The notes: generated by a model from the letters alone, not told the origin. Positions 26,900 through 39,869 are shown, counted from the first letter of the whole stretch. The stretch is DNA of 62,467 nt, filler included, from Choristocarpus tenellus KU-1152 (GCA_964200185.2; 11 parts of 11 records of this genome joined end to end with filler, not necessarily neighbours in it), one strand, 5' to 3'. Program-made: numbers and translations.

Positions 26900-29300
26900 C
26901 AACAATGGCTAGTCGCTGAACGAAATAATCTGCATTGTCGTCTTGTCAATTGCACACACAACAAGGTTATCTTCAAAGAACACGCTTGTTCTGATAGTCT
27001 CTGTATCTCATCGTCAATCTTGCATAATCAAAATACCTTGCCCCTTCACTCCATACATACAACTCTTTCACATCAAGGGAGGGTCAACCCACCTATTTGC
27101 TATGGTCTGACTCTGGTATTCTACTGAAGGATTAAAGCAATCGCGTGGAAGTAAAGGGGTTTCATTCGTGTTTTTTTTTATAATCCACCCAAGTAAGAAT
27201 GTAGCCTCTCCCACTCATTTGGATTTGCGACCTACCGATTTCTAGTCATTTTTTTTAAGTTCCAACAGATTTTGTATTTGTGGAAAATATTTTGATCAGT
27301 TGTTGTACCAATGATTGCGTACAATATACCGATATAAATTTTTAGGATACTCTTCTGGGGGCTTTGGTTTATCTACTGTGGGAGATCTTTGGAAGGATCC
27401 GTTTTCGTGACAAGGACATTTTCCGAAGATGTATCTCCCCTCTTGGAGGAGTTCCTTTTCTGGACACCCCATGCAACATCTTTTCCGGGTAATCTGGTTT
27501 CAATTATCCAATCCCATGTGGTATACACAGTAGATAGTACACTTGTACTATCCTCTCTATGGCTATTAAACGAAAAAAACACTTGATCTTTTGGATTCAG
27601 TATCACCCATTGAAACTCAGAGTAATATTTCCTAGAAATTGATTTTTTTGGCTTTTGGTTCTTTGAAACAGAGCTAAAATGGAATTTCTCATGCATACTG
27701 TAGTTTATCATTGGTGGGGAGTTTGTTGAAATAAGGCCTATCTCACACCATGTTAGTATTTTAGGCTGGTGGAGACTACTATGATATTGTCCTACTATAC
27801 CTGCCCCACTCTGTTCTTGTAGTTACTGGTGCGTGTGAATATATGTGATGATTTTTCTAGATGCCGTACAGGCAAAAAAACATTGTGTTCACATTCTGAA
27901 AAAAGATCAATACTATCAAAATCAACAAAATGATCATTTTCCTGAAAAGACCACGTTCAGGGATGAGTAGACCTACTCCTGTTCAAATAAGAATCTCTTG
28001 TTCCACTAAATTAATTCTTTTCTCCATGTTGAAGAGTTCAATTAATTTCGAAATAGTTCCAAATATGTCCGGTCACTAATGAGGCAATTCGGCATGTTGG
28101 CCCACGTCCGCTCTGTCACAATGAAAGTCCTAGGCGATGAAAAACGTTCGTTAACATCTACTATCCAGAGTGAACAATTACTTTAGTGGATGAGTTTCTT
28201 ACAAACTAGAACAAGTATTTTTGTCCCTGAAAGGTGTTCGTTTTGAAATATTGAAATTGTGTTGATTTGTAGAGCATTGAGATCTTTTTGGAATAGGAAC
28301 ACAGAAATTTGTTGACTATTTGGAGCTTTCATCACGTAAGACCCAACAGTTGTAAATTTGGCAAGCGTTTTTCTCGATGAATTTCAATCATCTATTATTA
28401 ATGTCTGTCAAGTTTCAGTCCAACCCAACTTCTTCATTCCAGTATCAAGTCTCTTCTGAGTCACCAGTTACCACAACAAAGCAAACAACAACAGAGCAAG
28501 GAAGCTGCGCATAGAACACTCAGCTTTTTCAACCCGATTTGAACTCTTAAAACTACGTAAGAATTTGCTAGATCCTAGAAATTTATTTTTGCCCGTTGTG
28601 TTCTACGAAACAGAACTGGGATGGAATTTTTTGCGCATACTATCGTTTGTTGTTGGTGGCGAGGTTGTTGAAGGGAGTCCTTATTTTGCGGAGTATCTTG
28701 CGTGTGTGTGAGATTTGCTAAAATATATGGCATGTCATAACCCTCTGACCCAGGTGAATCAGTGACAATGATGTAACTATTTTTGGCAAAATAACAAAAA
28801 CTATTCTTCAATAATTCCTTTAAAAAAATTCAACTAGAAAGGAGGTATTGATTCATTTTATTTGGCGTTATATGTTAGGTATGATGGATACTGAAACGAC
28901 TTTGTGGTGATGTGTCCATTCTATCCAACATGTCCTCCTTAGACCAAGTTCTAAGATCTCACCTGGAACATTATTTGGCGTCATCACCTACTCATTCATC
29001 TTTCATTAGAACATCTTCCAAGGGCTGTTAGTGTTGTGTGTGCCATCAGTAGCAATTAGACTGTTCATGCAAGACACACAAGTGAGTGCGCAGAAACAGT
29101 ATCTGAATCAGATCACTGCCCCCATGGAGTCTGTGTATGCAAAATTTAGCGGAATATACTTCACAACTCTCCAGTAATGTTAAACATATCTGCTCTATGA
29201 TCTCTGGTTGGCATGGGGTACATTATTGAGATTGGACATATTTTAGACCACACATTGATAACAAACTATGGAGGCACGCCTGATTCACAAACTTTCAAAG
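26900..29300. mobile_element. Decayed hAT-like transposase remnants
   Basis: Minus-strand IVTERTWANM (resembles IVTDNAANM) at ~28090-28125 and SEQACS (resembles SERAFS) at ~26980; plus-strand LNQITAPMESVYAKFSG at ~29100. Heavily disrupted. Confidence 0.35.
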
Positions 29301-31651
29301 TCCATCTAGCGTGCACGACAACAACATTAGTGGGTGACGAAACATCTTTTTTCTGAGTTCTACCTAAATATACACTAACAGCACAACTTTCTCACATAAC
29401 AAGTATTTCAAAGCACAACATGAGATCTTGTTGTCTGGTATATTCCTGCTATCTACCCCAATAATTCCTAGTTTCTGGCGCAAAAGCTGGCTGAAAAGGA
29501 CAAATATACAATGTACTCTGTGGGTGTACGTATTCAAACGCAAGAAAATTCACGTGTACTCTTGTACTCTTGTGTAAACTGTGATGCAATGTAGCATGAG
29601 TGATTGTCATCTACTCACCCTCTCAATTCCACCAGAATCCCCCGCACAAGTCAAAAGGACAAAATAAGCATGATCCAAACAAGAGCTTTTTTTTGTCTTA
29701 TATTACTACTGGGGTCCACAAAGTACACACAATGTACTCAAGAAAGTACATCTGAAAAAGCGAGAATGCATACATGCACATAAGGGGAAACTGTGATCCA
29801 ATGTAATGCGAGTGATTGTCATGCACTCTTTCTCTATACCTTCACCACAAGCCACAAGCATGGAAATGAAGAATGCTTAACTCAATCCTCGTTTTTTTGG
29901 TCTGGTGTTTGTACTGTTTGTTCACTTGTAGAATAATTTTGTTTCAGTCAAGCAATAGTTTCTTTTGCTACAATCTTTGATACTTAGGGGTAGGGCCAAG
30001 CCAGGGCTAGAATATGTAGAATATCATGTAAATGAAGCACTTCCCACTGCATTCCCAATCAACCCTAACCGATGAAGATCGAATATCGGCACTGAAAAAT
30101 ATGGAAATGATGGGGACAAAGAAAAATGTGTACAAACAAGTGAAGTTAGCAGTGGTAACTTCATTTAGGTACATGGGCCCCTCATTCAGCAAAAGATAGA
30201 TCACGCTTCTAACATGTGTTTCACATTCCAACTATTAGTATTATACTTTCAAGCATGAAAAAAATAGAGAAACTGATATCCACAATAAATCATCACAGAA
30301 CATTCATTTCTCTCTCATCCATTCCCAACCCCCCCCAAAACTCCTTCCACTAAAAGGTAAAATCCCTAGGGCAAGGATCACCTACCAGGCTAAATAATGG
30401 TCTGAAGATAAACAACACACTACTTTTGTTCATTTAAATAAAAATCGTATCACCATGCTCTTCAATTATAATGATGTAAAGCATACAAAAGGTTCTCACA
30501 GACTAGAAACAAAATGAAGTAGAAAAAACACAATTATCAACAGAAATGTCAAAATTTCAAAAATGTCCTTGTCAGGAGAAAAAAGAAAAATCAGTTGAAA
30601 AAAAATACAGTTCTTGATACGACATGCCATTCCACCTCCCCATGTATTTGGAGCCTTTACCAAGCACAATCCTTGCTTACTCCTTCCTTTTCAAACAAAA
30701 TTGGGAAGATGATCATGTATTCATGGGGGAGAAGAGAAGAAAATTCATCAATATTCCCCCCCTCCTACAGTGTATATGCTGTAGACCTGACTCACACATA
30801 TAATCAACACATAGCCTACGATTTAGTGAGGGGGGGGGGTGCTGAAAGAAGCAGTTTACCATTCCTACATTGTCTCGAACTTGTTGAGGTATAATTTTCT
30901 TTTTTACTCTTGCAAGCCTCATCCCTAACCCTTCAAATAGGATATTGCCTAAAACATACTCTAAAACACCTGTCACTGAATCTTTGAGTGTTAGTTTGAA
31001 TCTTTGTGATTGTTAGTTTGAATCTTAAACGGGTAAGAAAAAAACACGATAAAAAGCTGTACACATACGCTCTACAAAATCAAAGGATAAACTTACTTCA
31101 AAGTGATACAACCATGACATGGATAGGGTTATGTAGTTCAACGGCTACCAACAAGGTAAGGTATCTGGGTATGGCATAATCCATGCAAATATAGAAAATC
31201 GAAAAAATGAGATTTGGACAATCAAGTTTCATCACAATATGCATACTCTCTTCCCAATAAGACAGTCTCTCGAATGCTCTAAACCCTGTATCCTCTACCT
31301 TGGCTTTACTTCAGGGGAGGCACAAATACCCAAGATATCACTGTCACACAGCACACTCATCAAATGACAACCCCCTTGATATACTTAAATTTAGTACCTT
31401 CCATAGCCCTCAGGAGCACAATCTTCGCATTTGGAACACATTTGACAGGACACAACAACCAGCTATCTCAGAAGTCTCTAACGCTTAAAAGCCAATCCTC
31501 ATCTACACCCCCCCACAACACTCTTCTACATCACTTCCAAGAAAAAGACACTGGGCATCCTGAGAGTTGAAGGGAATCAAAATATTAACTGCAGGTGCTG
31601 TGTACTGTCCTGCACCCATGGCACAAACAGCAATGTACAGTAGCAGCAGTA

Positions 31652-34600
31652 GTTAGGGTTAGGGTTAGCACCTAATAAGAAAAAAAAGCAGAAAAAAAAT
31701 TACTACTACAAATGCCTCACTTGTTCTTTAAGTGTTCAAGTCAGCTCAACACTGTTTTCTTGCTCTTTTTTTAGTATGCAAAAAGTACTATCAACTAATT
31801 AAAAATGGGTCCCTTTAAACCAGTGTGCTATGGCACTCAGGGTTAGGGTCAGGGTTATCCTAACCCTTCTGAACCAACGCCCTCCTCCATGAACGGAAGT
31901 ATTGTCATTGTCATAAGCCAGGTCACCTGCGGTGACTCTATAAAGCACAGGTGCCCCGCCCGCCCAATAACACTGTCTAGGGCACCCTTAGACTGGTGTC
32001 GGAAGTCCACCGCCACCCTCACCACCCTATTACGTTGCTCATCCACCTTTGTTGGTATTGGGGGGTGGTGGTACTAGGGGTGAGTATCAGGGATTAAAAA
32101 AACCCATACATACGTAGCTTGAGTTTACAGGGAAGATTGGGGAAAATTGGACATGTAGAGAATGGTATTGAAGACATGTTCAATGAAGGCCACTTCCTAC
32201 TCTGGATGATGAAACTACAGGCACTGGGACATGTCATATCCTCACATATTTGATCAATCTCCCCTACAGTCCTTTTACCATCAGTACCTTTGTCATGAGC
32301 ATTGCAGCCATTTCCGCAGCAGCAAGTCCTGTACGGCTACTGGCATCAACACCAGGTGGAACAGTGGCAGTTCCAGAGTGAAGAGGAACAAATCCATCGC
32401 GTGGATTGGATGCTAGCACAATTGTCCTGCCATTGCCATGGTTGGTGTTGGTCATAGTGATGATGATAATTGTAAAATAAAAAGAATAGCTAGCACGCAC
32501 AGCAGCAGTGGAAGGGTTAGGGTTAGGGTGGGAGGGTACAGTGCAGATAAATTAACTAATTGAAAAAGGCACTTGACAATTGGAAGTGTTTGGTCAGTCA
32601 ACTAAATTTCTATTTCAAGCAGGAATATATGAAAGGGGTCTGCTCACTACAAAGCCCCAAAACTTTCACCACATCCTATCCATGGTAACAACTTGTCGCC
32701 AGTCTCTCGAACTGAAGGGATCCATCTGCCAAGTATGCCTCTTCGCAAGTACTAACCCTAACCCTAACCCTTGTGGTCCATGCTCATTACCATTGCAAAA
32801 AACTGTACCTAAACATCTCCATCCCTGGTGAGAAGCAGAGACGGTATAGGATTGTCTCTCTAGGGTCCTCTGCATCTTCCATGTCCAGCTCATGCAGCAC
32901 TCGCAAACCTGTCATCTGAGGTTAGGGTTAGGGTTAGGGTTAGGAGCGCTGAGTTTATCAAGGTTTCGATGGTTAGGGTTAGGGTGGGGGTAGGGGTGGG
33001 GTGTGGCTAGGTTAAAATGACAGTCCTCTTTGATGCAATGTCTCCTACCCACCTTACAATGCCATGAATAGGATATAGTACAAACCTTTCTCAATGCCCA
33101 TGCCCCAGTCTTGAAGAAGGATAATGGAGTGGATGCCTGTCCAAGGTGTGGACAAGCGAGAGAAACAAAGCAATGTAGATGAGACAAGTACGGAGCCAGT
33201 GCCATCTCCATGAGAGCGCTTCTTGTCACCAGACCTGTCATTAAAAAAAACAGCAGTAGCACAAAGGTCAAACAGCAGTGTGGTAAATTGTGAGAATATT
33301 CTGAGAATGTTCTGTTTGTGGTAATAAAAACTGCAGTAGTGTCAAAGGAGTGGGAGGGAGAGGATGAGGTATTGTTTAGACATTTGGGGGGCGAGGGAGG
33401 GGGGGAAGGGGGCAGAATCTTCTGGAATGTCATATTGGGTTCTTAGTTTAGAGGCAGTGGTCACTAGTGGTATAGTCATGCATTTGGAGCACATGGATGC
33501 TTTCTTGCTCAAATGACACTAAAATATGCTGAGGTTGTACTCACACAAACTCGTATCTATTTGACATCAAATTATTCATGAGCTCTGTGGCGCCCTGTAG
33601 TGCCACACTGCTACAGTATGTACCGAACAATGAAGTTGCTCTGTACCCCTCTACACCACCTTCTCATCACTGAAACAACGTGAATTCTGGCTGTAGACAT
33701 GAGCGATTTACTTCCATTGGGTGTATAGGAATGAAATAGGAATGGAATTACACCTCTCCCCCTCCCCAACTAATCTGTATTTGATTCACTTACCCCCAAG
33801 TGAGAAGCAAATGAAACTCAGGCGTCCCTCACCCTTGACCTTCCTCCCAGAAGTGGGTCTGCCCCCAGTGCTGCTGCTCCATCCTCTCCTCAGAGGGCCT
33901 CCAGGTCCTGCCCCCTCACCCTCCCCTCCCCGAAAGTGTCCCTGGATGCCATCGATTGGTGTCATTGGTGACAGGGGTGGATTCATGACCTTTGGTAGAG
34001 AGGTTGTGGCATGTGCCGCAATGCCCGGGCAGAACCTGTTGCAGTTTTGTACGTGCGCCCAGGAGGCGTGTGTGTGTTTGTTGAGGGCAGGGGAGGGGGG
34101 TTTACTTATCCTTGTGGGTGTAACTAAAATATGAAAGAACAAAAAATATATACATTGTAGGGTGGCATAACAGTAAAAGGGAAATTATATACATATATAC
34201 ATATATACATACATAAATAAAAAGAGAAGGGTATATATATAGCTTGGAGACTGGAAAGAAGAAACTTGGCAATGCTAGATTGGTCCTTTCAGGAAATATT
34301 GAAAACAGATCGACCTGCAAACTGGACCCTAAATTTTTTCCCCGCCCAATGAAAGACCCTTAAAAATAGCCGTAACCCTAACCTAAATCTCCCACCTTCC
34401 TCTCCCGAACCCTAATCCAATACAAAGATGTTCCCACAAGAGTCAAGAGGGTAGAACCAGCAACATGCTTCCCCTCCCTCCTTACCCCCCTTTGAATTTT
34501 CTACCCTAACCCCTTACCTGGTAGTACCCCTTACCTGAGGATGTGTGCCTGTACTTCCTCAGCTAGTTTCTTTCCAAGTCCCTCTATGCCTAGGTTTTGT

Positions 34601-37305
34601 TTGCGCTGTGTGTTAGGATCAACTTCCAGTGAAGTTGCCACCATCACCTATTTCATTCAAAGTATCATCACACATACATCATACATACATCATACAAACA
34701 TGTACCTTTTTAGGTCATTTTTTCAACGTTAGGCTCTATGTAAAAGAGATGCAAAAGAGAAAATGATGCACATTCAGGGGGGAAAGAACAATTGTTGATG
34801 AAGTTGGCTAAGAGATGCAAGAGTAATTGTTGATGAAGTTGACCTAACCCTAACCCTAACCCTAAGATGCAAGAACAAGAAAAAGAAAACTTCAATGTAG
34901 TCAGGTAAGTGAACTGCACCATGTACTGCAAAATAGATGTACACTTTGAATCTAAAATAAAAGGGCTAGGGTTAGGGTTAGGGTCAACCCAAAATAAAAT
35001 ACACACTTTGAATCAAAAAAAAAAAAAGTGAAAGCGACAAGTGCATGCAAAAATATGTATTTCACCTACCTACCTACATACCTAGATACCTACATACTTG
35101 TGTGGAGAATTAGGCATAAGGAAGTGTTGGGAGACACAATACCGCTATTGTATGACATAAGACACAAGGGTGAACCTTTCTATCCCATTGACACATCCCA
35201 ACATCCTGATATGCACTTCTACTACCGGATGTGTATTGCTCTCAACTCCATCCATAGTCACATCAAAAGGGTCAAAACACTAACTACTAGCAAGGTTGGT
35301 GGCCGCAGCACTTATTGTCATTTCTGTCATCCCAACATCTCTGCACCTCCAAGTCTCTAGAAGACTCTCTCCCCCCACTTCCCCCCTCCATACCTGCAAC
35401 CCACCCTAACCCTAGCCCACATGTACCGCCAATGTCACACTACCAAACCCTAAACCTAACCGCAACAACGCCTTCTCATGCACAGAAAAAGTTCAACATT
35501 AACACAACACATACCTCTGCAGCAGGCATAAGTATCTCCAAAAATCCTCTCATCAAACTCATGTCCTGCGCTTTACCTCCCAATCCGTGCACCAGAACCA
35601 CCAGGTGGTTTTTTCCTGCCTCAGAAGTTAGTCCTGCTCTTACTGCTTCCCCATCCCATGCCCCAGAGTCAAGCCTAAGCTTTGGTCCAAACTTGGGACC
35701 CCCCTTCTCTGGTTTCCGCCCAGTCCTGAGTGTTGATCCTTGTCCCTGCCAAACACTGCTGGAACCCCCCACCCTTTCTCCCTTCCCTACTCCCCACAAA
35801 TGTTCATCTAAATTGGCCCTTGATTCGGAGTCATCTGCTTGAGGCGCTGCAAACATTTTTTTCCGGGAGGGTTCCCATACCCCTCCTCGCCTTGGTGGGG
35901 TTCCACCACCCCATCCTGATGCTGCACCAGCACCACCAGTGCCAACTGTGAAGTCACTGTTGTCACTGGTTCCACCTTTGTTGCCATTGGTCCCACCCTT
36001 TGCCCCACTTTTTTTCCGAGTCCCACCCTTCTCCATGGCTTTTGAGCTGAAAGTGGATCCAATAGGTTGGGCACTGCCATCACTCTTCCCTTTCTGACCC
36101 CCCAACCCTAACCCTAACCCTAACCCTAACTTTTCCCCTCTGCTTCGGCCCCTGCTGATTGCCTTGCCCATGGCAAGCGCACCAGCAGTCCCAGTCCAAG
36201 CAGTCTCGGGCTTGCTACCTATAGTGGTCCCATTTTTGAGCATGTACTCAAACGTGACGGGACTCCTCACAGGTCCTCCTGTAACAAGGACTCCTGAGGT
36301 CTGCGCTAGATCAGATTCTCCTACTTGCACTTCAGGAACTGAAACCCTTTTCCTTTCTTCTGTCCTATCTGTCAAACCTTCACCCTCAGCAAGTGGTAGC
36401 CTTGAGGGGGGTGGGACAGACATCCCAATCCTCTCCTCTGTCTCACCCAGCAAAATTAACGCCTTGCTACTCTTGTGGATCTTGCCCTTGCCACCGTTGA
36501 TCTTATCACGAAGGTCCAGGACCAAGCTTCCTAAGGAGAGATGGAGAGAATTTATTGGTCACAGAACCCCCCCATGCATAAAAAAATGAGTATGAGGGAT
36601 TCAGTGACTTGATGATCAGAGCATAGCAGTTGTGGTGTTAGGGCACAAGGGTGGAGCATGTAGCGTCTAATTTGCATCCAATAGTACAGAAGGGGAGGGT
36701 GCTCAAATGAACCTACGTGTCAAACCCACACACATACACACATCGATATCTCACATCTGCTCTAACCCTAATCCTCAAACCCTATCCTTAACCCTAAAAT
36801 GCTTCCATCAAAGTGACAGGTTAAATACAAATAAAAGAAAGTAAAGAACCAGGAGTATGTGCGCAACAATGGGTGCTATTCACTCCATGTTGGGAAAATC
36901 ACAAACATGAACTTCAAGTCAGGTATGATTTTTTGTAATTAAATGTTTTGCTGCGGCTCTCAAAGACTTGTGACATATTGTGAGATGACATGCACCACCC
37001 CAACCCTAAATAGTAAATATTTTGAACATAACCAACAATACTCCAACTGCTCATATTGATGCTGTTGCACTATCGCAACAGGGAGATACCAATTGCACCT
37101 CAAATAACCCTTACCCTAACCCTAACCAATTGCACCTCAAATAATCCTAACCCTAAACCTAACCCTATTGCGAGAGAGCATATGAGGTGATTTGCTGGTA
37201 AGTTGGAAATAAAAAAATAATAATAGATCACACCTGCAGCCACTTGCACAAAAATATATATTACTTCCTCTCAAGGTTAGGGCTAGGGTTAGGGTAACCT
37301 TAGCC
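31652..37305. repeat. Cluster of short telomere-type (TTAGGG/CCCTAA)n tracts within and around the FAM135-like gene
   Basis: Tracts at about 31652, 31840, 32513, 32752, 32921, 32971, 34374, 34843, 34963, 35403, 35446, 36104, 36762, 37105, 37146 and 37274, in both orientations. Confidence 0.9.
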
Positions 37306-37656
37306 CTTCCTATCAACGATCTTGCAAAACAGCATAAAAAAGACCTAAGACCTACGACCAAACTAAACCACCTCATATCTGCAACCCCCCACTCCCCCTC
37401 CCCCTCCCCCTTCCCTCTTCCTACAACTTCTAACAGTACAGAAGTAGAGAACAGATTATCTTACCGGTAACAGGTCCCTTCCCCCCCCATGACTCCAGCA
37501 CAAAGAAGGGTAGCTCCCCTTCCTTGCCAGTACCAACTCCAAATGAGGAGTGCAAAGCAGGGTCAAACACTGGGAGCAGCTTCTCTGGTCGAGGAGGATG
37601 ACCTAACGCACTCCCTCCCCCACCCCACCCCCCCCCCCCCCCCCACCCCCCCCAAC
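31855..37656 (-). CDS. FAM135-like / DUF676 alpha/beta-hydrolase (putative serine esterase), 5'-truncated
   Basis: Phase-consistent exons <37656-37465, 36530-35515, 34647-34535, 34035-33794, 33234-33086, 32915-32809, 32426-32288, 32046-31855 (stop). Motifs HLVVLVHGLGG, IEGLGKKLAEEV, LSFICFSLGGLVTRSAL, FVSLACPHLG, IVLASNPRDGFVPLHS and VIGRAGHL. Confidence 0.9.
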
Positions 37657-37756
37657 NNNNNNNNNNNNNNNNNNNNNNNNNNNNNNNNNNNNNNNNNNNN
37701 TTAATTAATTAANNNNNNNNNNNNNNNNNNNNNNNNNNNNNNNNNNNNNNNNNNNN

Positions 37757-37867
37757 TACTGCTGTTCTACTGAGCTGACGTTCGTTAATCTGTGAATTGG
37801 ATTTGACTTGCACATCCTGGAAATGTGAGCATTGAGGGGCGCCTGTAACATGGAGGTCCTACCGAGA
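37757..37867 (+). mobile_element. 3' part of a 5' LTR (ends ...TGTAACA at 37850) followed by a tRNA-Gln primer-binding site (37851-37867)
   Basis: TGGAGGTCCTACCGAGA is the reverse complement of a eukaryotic tRNA-Gln-type 3' end (TCTCGGTAGGACCT-CCA). The same LTR end without a PBS is at 56935-56977. Confidence 0.8.
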
Positions 37868-37868
37868 C

Positions 37869-39270
37869 TGTAACACAATCACACAAATCACAAGGGTAGT
37901 CTTAATGGAAAACAGACAAAACATATCAAACAATGGAACTCTTGAAAACCAAAACAGCAGAAAATCAAAGAGGTTTGCAAAGCCACCAGGTGGAGTTCTT
38001 CCAGAATGGTGACCTCAGCGTCCAGTCTCCACTTTCTGGACTCTCACTAATCCAGACCTCCATCCATAACAGTAAACGTCTATCTCATATTCCTCTTGTC
38101 CTCTCGATCAGTCCAGGAGATACCATTCTCAACACCCCCCAGCTCTTGGACTGAGAGTAGATACGATGTACCCCCTAGTCCTTGGAACATGAGAAGGGAA
38201 GTACGCAGATAACAACAAATAAAACACCGGAACTATCTCGTCCCCATACTTCAAGCAGATCGTGAGGATACAAGATTGCATGCTATGTTCGGGACAAATG
38301 CAACAGACACCAAAATAACACCCAACCAATCATCGTGACCAACATTGAAATTTGGATCAATTTTGGCATACCCCATAATGGGTAGTGATGTGCCATCAGC
38401 TACAGTCATTTGTAGCCTTGTGGGCATGTGGTGAAGTCATAAATGTACCTTGTATCTTTCGTCACACTATTGGAAGTCCCCGAATCAAAACACCATGTTT
38501 CGAAAGCATTCGTTCTCACCTTGCCATTGTCAGCCACAGCGGTTAACATGGTCTTAAACTTCCTTTGTGTCCTCACCGGTTCCTCTGATCCAGCTAGTTC
38601 TTCCGCCGACTTTAGCGGAGTTGCCCTCTGGCGACTTAAACTTCCCACCCCTTTTGGTGGTATCACCCTCCTCTGAGGGCAAACAGCTTGCTGGTGGCCT
38701 CTGCTCCCGCAGCTGTAGCACAGTCCTCTATATGTGCAAGGACTTGAATGTCTACCCAATCCACACTTGTGACATCTATCGAGTGCCTTGGTCTGGCCCC
38801 TGGCACGTAATCCTGTCGAACCAGGGGCTGTACGGTGACCAGTCGTACTCAGGGCGCCTCCTTGGCTGGCCGCCTGGAAGCTCCTCATTGAGCATATGGT
38901 CCCGGCACTAGAGTGCTCCCTGGCTCCCCGCGATCAGCTACTTCTCGTTGGAGCGAGAAGTATCTCGAGCGAGCGGCGTTTTGAATTGGCGCCCTCGTAC
39001 ACTCACCCTTATTGTTATGTTGTAGGTAATGCTTGGTGATTTGATAGTCGTCATCCAAACAGTCCAGCATGGCAATTTGTAGTACTTGTTCGGGCATTTC
39101 ATGCCCCATCATTGCCATCTGCCCAATCCAATCTAACATCATATTGAAGGTGATTTGGGGGTCTGACCGTCGCATTTTGACGTTCATCACCTTCCAATTA
39201 GCCATTACGAGTGGTATGGTGGGACAATAGTAGTAATATAGTGATATTGGGCAATACTCAGTAGACAATT
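37869..39270 (-). mobile_element. Internally deleted Ty1/copia element: gag, zinc knuckle, protease, PPT, 3' LTR
   Basis: Gag-like AMLDCLDDDYQ (38885-39268), CYSCGSRGHQQAVC knuckle, WCFDSGTS protease, then a G-rich PPT at 38135-38145 and a candidate LTR TGTTGAG...GTGTTACA at 38134-37869. Confidence 0.78.
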
Positions 39271-39869
39271 AATAATTCAGTGTTTTTCCATGTAACTCAG
39301 CTACTAGCTTTGGGCGACAATCCTTGAATGCGCCAAGCTTTTCAACATACTTGAGAGTACGACGGTGGAGGAGTTGAGAACACCGAAGATGTTGCTCCTT
39401 TCCTCACGGGCCTCGATGCGCTGCCCCCTCCCATAAACCCATCGTTATCCTCATCACCCGAGCTTTCATTGTCTGACTTGGTACAAGAATTCCTCGAGCA
39501 TCTGATCTTTCATCCTCTAGTGTCGCATTAGCCACTTCATTGTTCTCTTTCACACCAACTCACGCTCTTGCTGCGTTCATGGAAGCCTGAGACGGCTTTC
39601 CGCCAGGTTTGAGGTGCAGAGCGTCAAGAACATTAGAGATATCGTCATTAATATATAGGGACACAGTTGTGTGGGATGTTACCTCTACGAAAAAAAATGG
39701 TCACCTGTGATACTACAGTACACAGTACAGATATTAAAGTACGAAAGAAACAAGCGCAAAATTTCAAAAAATGAAATCATGATCCTCATCAGCAGACAGT
39801 GCATAAAGACATTTCAATCACGATCACAATCAACCTACTTTCAGAATTTCAATTCACACACTGACGCAC

